The notes below the pieces were generated by a model, which had not been told where the DNA came from, made no database searches, and saw nothing but the letters and a program-made list of their open reading frames with translations. This document shows, piece after piece, positions 19,129 through 30,315 of a stretch of DNA of 64,000 nt. The position numbers and the translations under genes were made by a program. Source of the stretch: Chamaesiphon sp. (GTDB lineage Bacteria > Cyanobacteriota > Cyanobacteriia > Cyanobacteriales > Chamaesiphonaceae); NCBI GenBank assembly GCA_965246715.1, contig CBDFFH010000054.1, forward strand, positions 12,341 to 76,340, read 5' to 3'. Every line of letters begins with the position of its first letter. Within the stretch, counting starts at the first letter, position 1.

Positions 19129-20127
19129 CTAAACATTGGCATAAATTCGTCCATCTGGCATCTTGGCCCCAGTTAGGATCGTACCTACCATACTGGCACT
19201 ACTCATCTCTGCCCGCATCAAATTTGCATCGGTGAGATCGGCATCTTCGAGATCTGTTTTGGCTAGATGTGCCTCGATTAATTCTACGCGGATCATCGTA
19301 GCGTAGGATAGATTCGTGCGCGTGAGATCGGCATGGTGCATCCGTGCGTCAGTGAGATCGGCATAACTTAAATTACTATTTGCTAACTTAATCTTGGACA
19401 TGATCGCTCTGGTCAGATTTACGCCAGTCAGATCGCAGGCTGTCAGCGTCGCCCGTTCGAGCTTAGCGAGCGAAAGATCGGCATGGGGTAAATTTGCCTC
19501 GTGCAAATTAGCTTCGGTGAGGATCGCACTCGTTAATTTCGCACCTGTTAAATTTGCGCCAGTGAGATCTGTCCCTTTGAGATTCGCTTCAGTCAAGTTA
19601 GCATAGCTCAAATCGACTTTTGAAAGATTGGCTCCCGCCATGTTGGCATTGCGGAGATCGGCACGAACGAGTTTGGCACTGCGGAGATTGGAGATATAAC
19701 TGCGCTTTTCTTCGCGGAAATTAGCCGCCCGCAAACAGGCACCGCTGAGATTGGCACCACTGAGGTTGACATTGCGGAGGTCAGCATCCATCAGATTGGC
19801 ATCGAGGAGATTTACCCAGGTCATATCAGCCCCGCGAAAATCGGCATTTTGCAGACTAGCTCCATGTAAATCTGCATCGCGTAAATTGGCACCTTGAAGG
19901 TCGGCTCTAATCAGCGTCACACCAGCTAGCTTACAGCTAGAGAGGTTTGTCTTCAGTAGTTGGGCGCGATTGAGATAAGCAAACGTGAGATTGCTTTTGC
20001 GCAAATCGGCTTGGTTGAGCACGATGTCGATTAGATCTTGAGCGACTAAACTAAAGCCACTAAGATCGACTGAGGTGAAGTCTCTTTCGCCGCCACGATA
20101 TCGCCACAATAGTTCTTCCGCATCCAT
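19129..20127 (-). CDS. Pentapeptide repeat protein
   Basis: MDAEELLWRYRGGERDF N-terminus, continuous A(D/N)Lxx repeats, MPDG C-cap. Confidence 0.93.
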   Translation of the reverse strand: MDAEELLWRYRGGERDFTSVDLSGFSLVAQDLIDIVLNQADLRKSNLTFAYLNRAQLLKTNLSSCKLAGVTLIRADLQGANLRDADLHGASLQNADFRGADMTWVNLLDANLMDADLRNVNLSGANLSGACLRAANFREEKRSYISNLRSAKLVRADLRNANMAGANLSKVDLSYANLTEANLKGTDLTGANLTGAKLTSAILTEANLHEANLPHADLSLAKLERATLTACDLTGVNLTRAIMSKIKLANSNLSYADLTDARMHHADLTRTNLSYATMIRVELIEAHLAKTDLEDADLTDANLMRAEMSSASMVGTILTGAKMPDGRIYANV

Positions 20128-20319
20128 AACCCAGCCAGTATCCAGTTGATGATGTCTCTGTTATTATGCCCACCAGATAGTTGACTGTTATCAGTCGATC
20201 GAGCTGTTTGGCAGAATTTTAGAGATAATCCGATTTACGGCAGCGATCGCCAATGTCAAGAATATCCTACAACCTTGGCAAAAATGCTGGTGTAGCAATG
20301 TTAACGCCAGCGACCGCCA

Positions 20320-21462
20320 TCAAATTTTAAAAAACCAGCGTTGACTGTACATCAGATAGGCGATGCCCAACCAGAGCAGTACAGTCGCGATCGCAAATAA
20401 TACGCCGCTATTTAAAGTACCTGCCCAACCAAAGAGCGCGTTATTCAACCACTCATAAACTGATTTAGCGCGATCGCCACTACCAATTTGATTTACCATG
20501 AGTAACTTAATCAGGACGATCGAAGCAATATAGAGAAAAATCGCATTCAAGCCCATTATTTCAAATGGTTTGAACCACTTTCGATATTTCCGCACGTCCA
20601 CTAGTTCGTAACAAGCCGCTAAGGAGATTAACCCCCAACCTGTAGTAAACATTACGAATGAACTCGTCCACAGTTTCTTATTAATCGGAAAGAAACTATT
20701 CCAAATCAGGCCGATTACTACAGCCGCTAAACCAAACATTAATAAGTTGAGACTCGTGCGCGAAGCCACTGGTTGCCGCTTGAGCCAATCGCCCGTGAGA
20801 AATCCAAACAACACATTCACGATCGCGGATAACGTGCTAAATAAACCTTCAGGATCGCTCAAATAACCAGAGCCTTTATGTAAATGTGACTTGGTAAGGA
20901 TCGTTCGATCGATATAAGCACCAAGATTGCCTGCTTGGCTGAATGCACCATCACTATTATCTAAAGCTGGGAAGAAAGTTAACAAGATCCAGTAAGCAAT
21001 TAAAATCGTTCCTGCTAAAATCCAGATCCGCCGATTTGAGAGATTTAAAATCGCGATCGCGGCCAAGAAAAAAGCAATCCCAATCCGCTGCAACACTCCC
21101 ATGACACGCAGATGTTCGAGATCGGGAAAGATCTTGGGACTGGTGACATTAAAGTTCCATAGCAAATTGTTTAAGAGTAATCCTAACCCAAATAAAATCA
21201 GACTACGGCGAACGAATTGCCAATAAACAGCCTTGGTAATATTGACACTACCGCTGGTATATCTAGCCAGCGAAAAAGCCATTGCTACGCCGATAATATA
21301 CAAGAAAAATGGAAACACTAGATCGGCGATCGTGCAACCATGCCAAGGCGCATGCTCGAGCCAGAGATATTTTTTGTCATCATCGGGCAGACTCGCCATG
21401 TTGACTAAAATCATCATCGCGATCGTGATTCCACGGAAGACATCTAAAGAGGTTAAACGCAT
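20320..21462 (-). CDS. HGSNAT-like membrane acyltransferase (DUF5009/DUF1624)
   Basis: RLTSLDVFRGITIAMMILVN, HAPWHGCTIADLVFPFF, GVLQRI, DPEGL, PINKKLWTSSF. Confidence 0.88.
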   Translation of the reverse strand: MRLTSLDVFRGITIAMMILVNMASLPDDDKKYLWLEHAPWHGCTIADLVFPFFLYIIGVAMAFSLARYTSGSVNITKAVYWQFVRRSLILFGLGLLLNNLLWNFNVTSPKIFPDLEHLRVMGVLQRIGIAFFLAAIAILNLSNRRIWILAGTILIAYWILLTFFPALDNSDGAFSQAGNLGAYIDRTILTKSHLHKGSGYLSDPEGLFSTLSAIVNVLFGFLTGDWLKRQPVASRTSLNLLMFGLAAVVIGLIWNSFFPINKKLWTSSFVMFTTGWGLISLAACYELVDVRKYRKWFKPFEIMGLNAIFLYIASIVLIKLLMVNQIGSGDRAKSVYEWLNNALFGWAGTLNSGVLFAIATVLLWLGIAYLMYSQRWFFKI

Positions 21463-21542
21463 AGGGATGGAATGAGGTGAGGGGTCGATCTTCCCCAAAA
21501 CAGTGTTAGCTCTGACAGATTCATCATGGGTTTTGTTGCTAA

Positions 21543-22796
21543 TTATTCTTCGCTACCGATTAAGAGAACGAGTGTCGCGATACAGGCAAAAAAGGCTCCG
21601 ACGGCAAACGTAAATCCCGAACCGAGCGATTGCCAGCACAGACCAGCAATTAAATTGGCGATTAATAATGTAATCCCGATCGAGATATTAAATAGACTAA
21701 ATGCTGTGCCGCGCCTAGCAGGGTCTACAGCGCGATCGACTAGATCGATGAGCAAACCCTGAACGATGGCCAAATGGAGTCCGTACAAGGCAAATAAACA
21801 CCAAATCTGCACCTGATTGGTGACGACTGCCAATCCAAAGTAAACAATGACATGTAGCAAGAAACCAGCTAGAAGCAGGCGGATTTTGAGGACTCGATCG
21901 ACGATCGCACTCAGCGGATAGGATGCCAAGGCAAATACTAAATTCATAATTATCAGTCCCACTGGAATAAATGCTGGGGGAATGGCGATTTCCACCGATC
22001 GCATTAGTAAAAAAGCATCGCTAGAATTGCCGAGATTGAAAAAGATGGCAACAACGAGTAGCAGCCAATATTCTGCACCTAAATACGGTAAATCGCGCCA
22101 ATAAATCGGGTTGTAATTCTGTTGCGAGGATTGCGATTGCGGAGGATACCGCTCGTAAAAATCATCGTTCCCAGCGAGTAATCCCGTAATTTCCGCAGGC
22201 ATCATCAAGGTTTTGCGCTGTTTTTGAGCTGGTTTGACGACAATAATCAATACCGCCAATGCCATACAACTGGGAATTAACGCGCCAGAAAATACCAGCT
22301 TGTAATCATTCCGGTAAAAAAATAAGATTGCTCCAGCGATAATCGAACCGATACAAGCACCAGAAATTAATAACGACTGGCGCAATCGATATGCTTCCGT
22401 CCGCATTTCATCAGAGGTGACATCGGCCATCAAGGCTTTGCGCGGCGCGACACTGATACCCTGTCCGAATCGATCGCCAAATTGGGCAAAAACGATCCAC
22501 AATGGATCGATCGCTATTGCCAGGAGCGGGCGCATCAATGCAGAAAGCGCATAACCAATGACAGCCAGACCTTTTTGCATCCCTAAATAGTCGCTCAGTC
22601 CGCCCGAAAATACCCGCATAATCGCTACCGTTGCTGCCGAGACACCTTCGATCTCACCGACTGTCAAAGCGCCGTTTTGGAAACTTAACAGCACAAAAAT
22701 CGGTAATACCGATCGAATCATTTCCGCGCTAATATCTGCCAATAGGCTGGCGATACTCAAAATCCAAACATGGCGCGGCAACCGAGCGACTCTCAT
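21543..22796 (-). CDS. MFS transporter
   Basis: SLLADISAEM, GGLSDYLG, DRFGQGISVAPRKALMAD, GNSSDAFLL; multiple TM segments. Confidence 0.85.
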   Translation of the reverse strand: MRVARLPRHVWILSIASLLADISAEMIRSVLPIFVLLSFQNGALTVGEIEGVSAATVAIMRVFSGGLSDYLGMQKGLAVIGYALSALMRPLLAIAIDPLWIVFAQFGDRFGQGISVAPRKALMADVTSDEMRTEAYRLRQSLLISGACIGSIIAGAILFFYRNDYKLVFSGALIPSCMALAVLIIVVKPAQKQRKTLMMPAEITGLLAGNDDFYERYPPQSQSSQQNYNPIYWRDLPYLGAEYWLLLVVAIFFNLGNSSDAFLLMRSVEIAIPPAFIPVGLIIMNLVFALASYPLSAIVDRVLKIRLLLAGFLLHVIVYFGLAVVTNQVQIWCLFALYGLHLAIVQGLLIDLVDRAVDPARRGTAFSLFNISIGITLLIANLIAGLCWQSLGSGFTFAVGAFFACIATLVLLIGSEE

Positions 22797-22838
22797 AAAT
22801 TAGGGAAATAGATTGTAAGGTAATAACACAGACATCAC

Positions 22839-22973
22839 AGCGGTTAAAACCGCCGCTTGTGATGCAAAGTCCGCCTTCGCGGACTTGTTTATTAGTCCGC
22901 GAAGGCGGACTTTGCAACATTAGCCACGATTTCAATCGTTGGCAATTCTATAAGTAGCAAGCAACTTGGGATA
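22839..22973. mobile_element. Partial MITE family A copy (left TIR missing) with empty module site
   Basis: AGCGGTTAAAACCGC, paired GTCCGCCTTCGCGGAC hairpins, uninterrupted CCACGATTTCAATCGT, right end GCAACTTGGG. Confidence 0.8.
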
Positions 22974-23026
22974 ACTAGCAGGGTAGAGTAGTCTGCCCCC
23001 TGCTAGTTAGCGAGCGCCAAGCGCGA

Positions 23027-24025
23027 TTATGGTTGTTGTTGAGGCTGAATTTTGCCTTCTTTAACTAACGCCTCATAAATTGTCGCTGCGGCATCAGCTC
23101 TAGTCGCATTTTGGACGGGCTTGAGGAGATTGGGTGTATCATCTTTAATTGCCAAACCGCCAGCTACTGCCGCTGCCAGCTTTTCTTTGGCGTATTTGGG
23201 CGCTTGGCTGGCATCGCTGAATTTGCTCAGTGCGCTATCCTGGCTGGCAGGTGCTGGCAATTGCAGTCCTTTCGCTAGTGAAATTAACAATTGATAGCGA
23301 GGAATGGTTTGATTGGGGGCAAATTTAGTTGGTGAGTAACCCGTCATGAAGCCAATTTTGACCGATTTATCGATCGCTTCTTTGCGCGGGTAATCGGTAG
23401 GAATATCATTGAAGCTAGCGGTTGATGCGGTAGCGGGTTTATCGGCAAATGCTCGATCGAGCATTTTGGCATATTCACCTCTAGTAATCGGCTGATTTGG
23501 GTCGAATTTACCAGTGCCAAAATCATCGAGAATGCCACGTTTTCGCAATTCGCTGATGTATGTTTCACCCCAAAACTGTTTGGGTACATCGGTAAATGCT
23601 GGTTTGGCCGCAACTGGGGTTACTGGTGTGGGCGTAATGACAGTAGGCGGGACGATAATTGTCGTTGGCGAAGTCACTTTTGGCGTTTCTGCTGGCACTT
23701 CGACTGTTTTAACGATCGTCGTTGGTGTCGTTGTCGTTACAGTATTCTGTTCTGATTTAGGCACGGTACTCACGCTCGGAGCGCGATTTTGTTGGAAGAT
23801 CGGTTCGTCGTTACCGAGCAGCCCCACTCTACCGTTATCAGAAGTATCGCCGCCGACTTTAGCAACTCCACCTTGGAGTAGGTTTAACGGGCGGTATTTT
23901 TGACCGATACCCCAGAAAAATACCGTACCGATTCCAGCTAAAGCTACCACGATCGCGATTAATTCATCAGCAGTCAAGCGTCTGCGACGATTAGGGTTAG
24001 GAGTTTGATTCGGTAAATTAGTCAT
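23027..24025 (-). CDS. Membrane-anchored S-layer homology (SLH) domain protein
   Basis: N-terminal TM, Thr/Pro linker, three SLH repeats (FTDVP...ITRGE; FNDIP...IPRYQ; FSDA...ATRAD). Confidence 0.88.
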   Translation of the reverse strand: MTNLPNQTPNPNRRRRLTADELIAIVVALAGIGTVFFWGIGQKYRPLNLLQGGVAKVGGDTSDNGRVGLLGNDEPIFQQNRAPSVSTVPKSEQNTVTTTTPTTIVKTVEVPAETPKVTSPTTIIVPPTVITPTPVTPVAAKPAFTDVPKQFWGETYISELRKRGILDDFGTGKFDPNQPITRGEYAKMLDRAFADKPATASTASFNDIPTDYPRKEAIDKSVKIGFMTGYSPTKFAPNQTIPRYQLLISLAKGLQLPAPASQDSALSKFSDASQAPKYAKEKLAAAVAGGLAIKDDTPNLLKPVQNATRADAAATIYEALVKEGKIQPQQQP

Positions 24026-24235
24026 GTTTTTGCCTTAATCCTAAATTTAATAACTCGATCGATTCTAGAATTTTTAATCTCTTTAAAGTTGGCGAGTGGT
24101 ACTCGATTGATTCCGCCAGCTTTGGGGTTATTTTAGCTAGGATTATCGCATTATTTACCTTGAGTTACACAAAAGTTGAGCATTTAGTGATAATTATGTC
24201 ACGCGGCGAGCGGCGATCGATGTAGTAGTTATAAG

Positions 24236-24874
24236 TTAGATTTTTACCCAGCCAACTTGAGTTAAAATTGCCTGAATCTCTAATTGGATCGATGCTTCAG
24301 ATCGATTGGCATCGATTCTCACGATCCGCTCCGAATAGATACTTGCTAAGTCTTGATAACCTTGTCGAACGCGTTGATGAAAATCCAATGTTGCGCGTTC
24401 CATCCGATCGGGTTGTCCGCGCAAAGCTACTCGCTGCAAACCCAATGTTACCTCCAAGTCGAACCACAGCGTCAAGTCGCTTTGTAAGCCGCCTGTAGCC
24501 AACTGATTGACGCGATCGATCTCTTCCCGATCGAACCCCCGTCCATAGCCCTGATACGCGATCGTGGAATCGGTAAATCGATCGCACAACACAATATCCC
24601 CACGCTCCAGATGCGGTCTGATTACCGATTCTACATGTTGAGCGCGATCGGCACCATATAACAATAATTCAGTGCGGCGATCGATCCAACCATTCGGATC
24701 GTCCAACAACAGTTGGCGAATTTTTTGCCCCAATTTCGTACCGCCTGGTTCGCGGGTAGTGACAATCGCTCGATCGATCCCACAGCAGCTTTGTAGCCAA
24801 GCTGCTGTCTGTTGAATCTGGGTAGTTTTACCAGCACCCTCTACTCCTTCAAATACGATAAATTTGCCGCTCAT
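24236..24874 (-). CDS. tmk: Thymidylate kinase
   Basis: FEGVEGAGKTTQ, TREPGG, LLYGADRAQH, CDRFTDSTIAYQGYGR. Confidence 0.96.
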   Translation of the reverse strand: MSGKFIVFEGVEGAGKTTQIQQTAAWLQSCCGIDRAIVTTREPGGTKLGQKIRQLLLDDPNGWIDRRTELLLYGADRAQHVESVIRPHLERGDIVLCDRFTDSTIAYQGYGRGFDREEIDRVNQLATGGLQSDLTLWFDLEVTLGLQRVALRGQPDRMERATLDFHQRVRQGYQDLASIYSERIVRIDANRSEASIQLEIQAILTQVGWVKI

Positions 24875-25010
24875 TTCCCTGCTAGTTGGATGGATCTTCA
24901 ATACAAATTGGTATACCAATCAAATTGGTCGACTAATCTGGTAATATGTCAAGATAATTTGGGTAATTAGATTTGGTTTATCGCACATTTCACACACACT
25001 CTAAATCCTT

Positions 25011-25382
25011 ATGTCTCGTTACATCTGCCATTTTTTAGTCAATCTTTCGCCACAGAGCGTCCGCGCACCGCTTAAAAAAATGCTAGAGAATTGTCGGATG
25101 GAGACAATCTACGATCTCGAAGACTACATGATGGCAAGGGAAATTCCCGGTCGCGTCTCATTTACGAAGTTGGTAACAGCCGAAGTCTTGATAAACACGA
25201 CAAACGCTACCCATGATGCTGTCACACTTAGCTTTGTTGTGAAAAATGAGGAGCTACCGCTCAATACCAACAATCATTGTCGCCAAATATTCGATCTCCT
25301 GCGGGTTGCCCTCGAACAACATGATGACTGGCAACCAATTAATAGTTTACAACCCATCTCTACGCTCGTCGCAACTAAATAA
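25011..25382 (+). CDS. Hypothetical protein
   Basis: Clean ATG ORF. DYMMAREIPGRVSFTKLVTAEVLI and KNEELPL..NNHC resemble a cyanobacteria-specific family. Confidence 0.75.
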   Translation: MSRYICHFLVNLSPQSVRAPLKKMLENCRMETIYDLEDYMMAREIPGRVSFTKLVTAEVLINTTNATHDAVTLSFVVKNEELPLNTNNHCRQIFDLLRVALEQHDDWQPINSLQPISTLVATK

Positions 25383-25424
25383 GTAAACTCCGGATCTCGA
25401 TGAGACACCCCACAGTGAATCGGT

Positions 25425-25453
25425 AAAAAAAATCCCCCTATTGCTAGGGGGAT
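25425..25453 (-). terminator. Intrinsic terminator
   Basis: ATCCCCCTA-TTGC-TAGGGGGAT stem preceded by an A run (U tract on the minus strand), between convergent genes. Confidence 0.7.
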
Positions 25454-25492
25454 CTAAGTTCTAAGCGATGCATTCACACCGCAGAGCGACTA

Positions 25493-26446
25493 CTAAACCA
25501 GTTTGAGATCGGGATAGTGAGCTAAGATATCATCAGTGGTGAGAGCGTCGCCATTAGCTTGCGGTGTCCAAATAGCTTCGATCGCGACTAAAGCACTTGC
25601 ATCGAGGCTACCTAAAGTTTGTAAAGCTTGGCGCAGATCCGCATCGCCATTAATTTTCGGGAGTTGGAGCGGACGAGTTGCCGCGACTAACAGAGTAACG
25701 ATGATATATTCGCTGCGTTCTTGCTCAACTGTTGCCAACTCGCCAGTAGATGGGAGTGCTGCATTAGTCTCAGCCTGACGCAGTTGATTGTTGACCTTAC
25801 TCAGTGTCTCGGTTGTAAATTTACCCCGCTCGGCGAGAGACAACTGATTGAAGACAGCTTCAGCTCGATCGAGTTTGGCTTGTTGCGTGCTCGTCTTACC
25901 GTAAGTCCAATATTCTGGGTGACGCAGCAGTTCGAGGCTGGTTTCTTGGAGCAGGTACATTCTGCCCGAAGCGGTATCGGCGTTGACAGTTTCCGCGAGT
26001 CGGTCTAGTTTAGACTGAACGTCACGCGCCTCAGCTAATAAACCAACTTGAATTTCGGCGATCGATACTTGAGGATTGTAGACATCTCCTTCAAAACTAT
26101 CTCCACCAGTCGCCCGTCGGAAACTTTGGAGTAAAAAGCCGCCGACCGCTACCATAACTAAGAGCGACAGTAGACTGCCACCGCCACCACCAAATAAGAA
26201 TGGGATATAGAAAGGTGAGAAGCCGCCACCATAACCGTAGCCACCACCGCGATTGGAGTAGCCGCCACTAGGCGAGCTATATCCCCGACTGGGCGCGCGG
26301 AACGAGCCACCACCGATGCGTCCGCCACTCCGCGCTGCCAGAGCATCGCCAGTTTGAGCGAAGACCAGAGTTAGGGCTAATCCGACTGCTACGGCGGACT
26401 TCACCCAGGGTTTAATAAGAGCGAGCAGTTGCTTGACCATAACCAC
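25493..26446 (-). CDS. DUF1517 family protein (FLAP1-like)
   Basis: ALAARSGGRIGGGSF, Gly-rich segment, QVGLLA, LLRHPEYW, WTPQ...L. Confidence 0.9.
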   Translation of the reverse strand: MVMVKQLLALIKPWVKSAVAVGLALTLVFAQTGDALAARSGGRIGGGSFRAPSRGYSSPSGGYSNRGGGYGYGGGFSPFYIPFLFGGGGGSLLSLLVMVAVGGFLLQSFRRATGGDSFEGDVYNPQVSIAEIQVGLLAEARDVQSKLDRLAETVNADTASGRMYLLQETSLELLRHPEYWTYGKTSTQQAKLDRAEAVFNQLSLAERGKFTTETLSKVNNQLRQAETNAALPSTGELATVEQERSEYIIVTLLVAATRPLQLPKINGDADLRQALQTLGSLDASALVAIEAIWTPQANGDALTTDDILAHYPDLKLV

Positions 26447-26664
26447 CTATATTAAAAGCTTATCGATTCTTTTACTGTAACGACTTTGCCGATCGAAAGT
26501 CATTAGCGATCGAATTTCTTCAATTTTAACGCGGTGGTACTGAGGTCAGAAATGCTGTGAGATGTAGAGATAACCACCCTTGAATTAGGGAGTAGGGGAT
26601 AGGGAATAGGCGTTAGGTTTTCTAGTGACTAGTCACTAGCCACTACTGTTCACTATCCCCTAAC

Positions 26665-28836
26665 TTAGAATCTTTCGCCGATCCCGAATTGAATCCGAGT
26701 TTCCGAGCGATTGTTGAGAGCATAATCGATCCGAATCGGGCCGATTGGCGAGTTGATCCGCAGTCCCGCACCATAACCAAAGCCATTACCCGGTTTGCCG
26801 CGAACTCCGCCTGGATTCCCTGGAACGCTGTTGCCAGTGCCCAAATCGGTACCATAATCTAAAAATACTTCCCCACCCACGATCGAGACTAATGGAAAAC
26901 GGTACTCTGCCGTAGCTTGGACGTAACTGCGTCCGGAACCGACATCGCCATCCTCATAGCCTCGGACGGAGGTAGTACCGCCCAAACTGAAAGCTTCATA
27001 AGGTGGTAGATCGCCGAGAATCGTGCCCCCTTGAATATTAAATACCAACGCCTGGGAACCCGGAGTAAAATTGACTAATTTTACTGGGGTGTAGTTAGTA
27101 AAACTAGCTCGCGCCCTCGTCATTAAAATATTCCCCAAACCGACTGGGATCGACTGATCCAAGCCTGCTTTAAATAATGAACCTTGGGTCGGATCGGTAA
27201 AATTATTCCGTAAATCCTGAGTCACTCCGAATTGCACCATCAACAGATCGTCTTGCCCAGTCTTACTAAAGCTGAGATCGTTGCCGCTGGTATCTTTGGG
27301 CACGATCCCGTTCCCGTTAATATCGCGCGTCGATACCCGTTGGTACTGCACTCCTAATGAAGCCCGGAGACTGCTATCGCTAAACGGATCGCCATTGAGC
27401 GGACGTGAGAAGGTAATCCCGCCCCCTTGCCGGAAAATGGTCGGTGTATCGGTAGTTCCAGGGATAAACTGCGGAGTTTTACCGCCACCAAAGACGAGCG
27501 ACAGCGATCGCTGTTGAAAAATATTGACGTTGTAAGATGTGCGATTGGGATCGGTCGCGATCCATGGGTCGGAGAAGTTGATGTTGTACAGTGTCGATAG
27601 CGAACCTACTTGAATTTCCGCACCTAATTTTTGGGCGTTGCCCCCGACATTAAGTTGGTTGTAGGTAACACTTCCAAATAGACCATTAGTGGAGCTAATC
27701 CCGCCCCCAGCCAAGATCGAAGAAGTCTTACGCTCGATGACATTTAGTTGCAGGACGACCTTTGCGGGATCGGTACCTGGCGCAAACGATACGCGCACAT
27801 CGTCAAATAAGCCCAAGCCATAGATCCGGCGCAAATCCTTTTCAGCAGTCGATCGATTAAAAATCTTACCCGGTTTTAATTCAGCTTCACGGGTGATAAT
27901 AAACGGCCGAGTCAAACCTTTAATTGGTTGTTTTTTATCATCTACGAGCGAACCATCCTTGGTTAAAAAGCGCACCTGAACGTCTTCGATCAGTCCTTCC
28001 GCAATAACTAAATTGAGCTTCCCATCGGCACCGAGTTCTTCAACATCGACGACTTGGGCGAGGTTATAACCTTGTGCTTGATAGAGTTGGTTGAGTTGCT
28101 TGATTGCAGCTTGCAATTCGACTGCATTGAGGCGTTTACCATATTGCCCTTGAAAGATGCGATCGATATCCGCTTGTTTGATGACTGTGCTGCTATTTGT
28201 AGGCAGCGTCTTGATTTGGACTTGGGTTAACACACCATATGGAGCAACCACGAAGCTGAGTCTCACTCCCTTGGCGGTATCTTCTGGTAAAATTTCTACC
28301 GAAGAAAAAGCACCCAAAGCACGGATGGCATTTAAATTTTGTTCCAGTTGCGCGCGAGTCGTTGGTTGTCCGGGTTTAACGGTGAGGACTTGGCGGATTT
28401 TGGCTTCTAAGTCTGGGCTTAAAGCACCTTGGCGGCTTTTGATGATGATATCTGAGACAAGTACTGGCTTTTGCGCGTCGGCTGGTGCTGGGGTAGCTGG
28501 AGTCTGCCCGGGGGTAGCTGGAGTTTGTCCGGGGGTAGGCGTGGCACTCGGCGGTGTTGTCTGTGCTACAGGTTTTGCGGCTGGTTTGCGCCTGACGATC
28601 GATTTGCGTGGTTTCTTCGCTAGCGCGATGAGGTCTTTGGCTGTCGCGATCTCACCAGGATTGACGATTGCCGTCTGGCTCCCGTTCGGGGTATTTTTTG
28701 AGATCGACAGCGACTGGGACAACGTATTTTGCGAACTTAGCCGATCGAGTTTTGCTGAGTCGGCATTGGCTGCGATCGTATATCCAAGCTGACCGATTGC
28801 GGCAAAAGTAATGACTGAAAGTAATTTAAAAGGCAT
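26665..28836 (-). CDS. Omp85/BamA family outer-membrane assembly protein
   Basis: POTRA domains (TRPFIITRE, IYGLGLFDDV), LGGTTSVRGY, SPIGPIRIDY, C-terminal FGIGERF; adjacent to purC. Confidence 0.93.
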   Translation of the reverse strand: MPFKLLSVITFAAIGQLGYTIAANADSAKLDRLSSQNTLSQSLSISKNTPNGSQTAIVNPGEIATAKDLIALAKKPRKSIVRRKPAAKPVAQTTPPSATPTPGQTPATPGQTPATPAPADAQKPVLVSDIIIKSRQGALSPDLEAKIRQVLTVKPGQPTTRAQLEQNLNAIRALGAFSSVEILPEDTAKGVRLSFVVAPYGVLTQVQIKTLPTNSSTVIKQADIDRIFQGQYGKRLNAVELQAAIKQLNQLYQAQGYNLAQVVDVEELGADGKLNLVIAEGLIEDVQVRFLTKDGSLVDDKKQPIKGLTRPFIITREAELKPGKIFNRSTAEKDLRRIYGLGLFDDVRVSFAPGTDPAKVVLQLNVIERKTSSILAGGGISSTNGLFGSVTYNQLNVGGNAQKLGAEIQVGSLSTLYNINFSDPWIATDPNRTSYNVNIFQQRSLSLVFGGGKTPQFIPGTTDTPTIFRQGGGITFSRPLNGDPFSDSSLRASLGVQYQRVSTRDINGNGIVPKDTSGNDLSFSKTGQDDLLMVQFGVTQDLRNNFTDPTQGSLFKAGLDQSIPVGLGNILMTRARASFTNYTPVKLVNFTPGSQALVFNIQGGTILGDLPPYEAFSLGGTTSVRGYEDGDVGSGRSYVQATAEYRFPLVSIVGGEVFLDYGTDLGTGNSVPGNPGGVRGKPGNGFGYGAGLRINSPIGPIRIDYALNNRSETRIQFGIGERF

Positions 28837-28910
28837 TCTTATATAGTGGCTAGTGGCTAGTGGCTGGTAGCTAGTAAATAGCGAGCGACTGAGATCGCCT
28901 CCGATGGCTA

Positions 28911-29642
28911 TTACTGGACTCCTAAAACTCTGTGTAGAACTTGTTGATAAGCATCTTCAATATTGCCCATGTCCCGGCGGAACCGATCTTTATCTAAGAC
29001 TCGTAGATTGGGATCGGGTTCCCCCGTCAGCCATAATCTACAACTATCGGGACTGATTTCATCTGCTAGCAAGATCTGCTGTTGACTGTCAAGACCGAAT
29101 TCGATTTTGAAATCAACCAGTGTAATTCCACATTGTTGAAAAAAGTTTTGTAGAATAAGATTAATCTGTAATGCTTTTGTGTGTAGGATGTCCACTTCTG
29201 CTGGTGTGGCTAGCTGCATCAGTAGGAGCCGATCGAGCGTTAATAACGGGTCGCCCAAAGCATCATTCTTGTAAAAGAATTCAACTAATGGCTTGGGTAA
29301 AAGCGTGCCTAAGGCTATTCCTGTTTGTTGACAGAGACTACCTGCCGCAATGTTCCGCACGACTACTTCGATCGGGATAATTTTTACTGCCTTGACACGC
29401 ATTTTGTCTGCTGCCGGACAGTCGATAAAATGGGTTGCGATGCCAGCAGCTGCGATCGACTTAAATAAATGAGCGGCGATTTGACAGTTGATTTCTCCCT
29501 TGCCTGCGATCGTACCGCGTTTTTGGGCATTAAAAGCGGTGGCATCATCTTTAAAATAAGCCAACAATATTTCTGGATCTGCTGTAGCATACAAAATTTT
29601 AGCTTTGCCTTCGTAAATCTGCGGATGACTGTTCATGTCCAA
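28911..29642 (-). CDS. purC: SAICAR synthetase
   Basis: YEGKAK, FKDDATAFN, IPIEVVVRN, LVDFKIEFG, LADEISPDSCRLW, LDKDRFR. Confidence 0.96.
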   Translation of the reverse strand: MDMNSHPQIYEGKAKILYATADPEILLAYFKDDATAFNAQKRGTIAGKGEINCQIAAHLFKSIAAAGIATHFIDCPAADKMRVKAVKIIPIEVVVRNIAAGSLCQQTGIALGTLLPKPLVEFFYKNDALGDPLLTLDRLLLMQLATPAEVDILHTKALQINLILQNFFQQCGITLVDFKIEFGLDSQQQILLADEISPDSCRLWLTGEPDPNLRVLDKDRFRRDMGNIEDAYQQVLHRVLGVQ

Positions 29643-29961
29643 ATATTTTAAATTAAGGTGGAAGCATTAAATTTTAGTCGATTATCGCTCGCCAATGGTC
29701 GCGATCGCTCATCACGCTCTAGACTTACCAGCCGATACCTTTAGCTGGCATAATTTAACGATAGGTTAAGGAACGGTTAAACTTGGCACAATATCACCTA
29801 CAAATTGTCAAGTAAGATAGCGCAGTATCTCGATCGGGGGCAAGCGGCGATCTGCCCGGAACGAGCTATTCAGACACCATTCGATCGAGTGGGTAGTCCG
29901 ATCCTGCGGTCGATCTCTGGCTTTAGTAGTGGTTTATCTCAACATCTAGGCACCAATACCC

Positions 29962-30228
29962 ATGTCAAAACAGATTGATTTCTTTTTGTATCACAATAAC
30001 CGTTACCACGGTGAGGTGAAGCCGGAAAACTTGGTGTTCAACGCCAATTTACAAGAATTTACCCAGAAAATCAGCTATATCTGTAGCTTGGAAACCTCTG
30101 GTAAACTGACACCAGAAGAATCATACCAGCAGATCAAGCAGCTTTGGAAAGATCTCAAACGCAGTAAAAAACAACTTAGGATCGGGGAAAAGCCCTTTAC
30201 CGATGAGAATGGGGATTTGCCTCAATAG
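29962..30228 (+). CDS. Conserved small cyanobacterial protein
   Basis: RYHGEVKPENLVFNANLQEFTQKISYICSLETSGKL, a widespread cyanobacterial motif. Confidence 0.8.
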   Translation: MSKQIDFFLYHNNRYHGEVKPENLVFNANLQEFTQKISYICSLETSGKLTPEESYQQIKQLWKDLKRSKKQLRIGEKPFTDENGDLPQ

Positions 30229-30315
30229 ATATTGCGCTAACAAGACGGGGTAGATTAGCAGAGAATGTCAAACACGGAAATAAACACGATTTGCTTCCCA
30301 CTCTGCTGACACCCA

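Noticed and set aside
28157..28792. 211-aa plus-strand ORF
   Set aside because: Antisense shadow of omp85; its repeats mirror the TPGQTPA linker.
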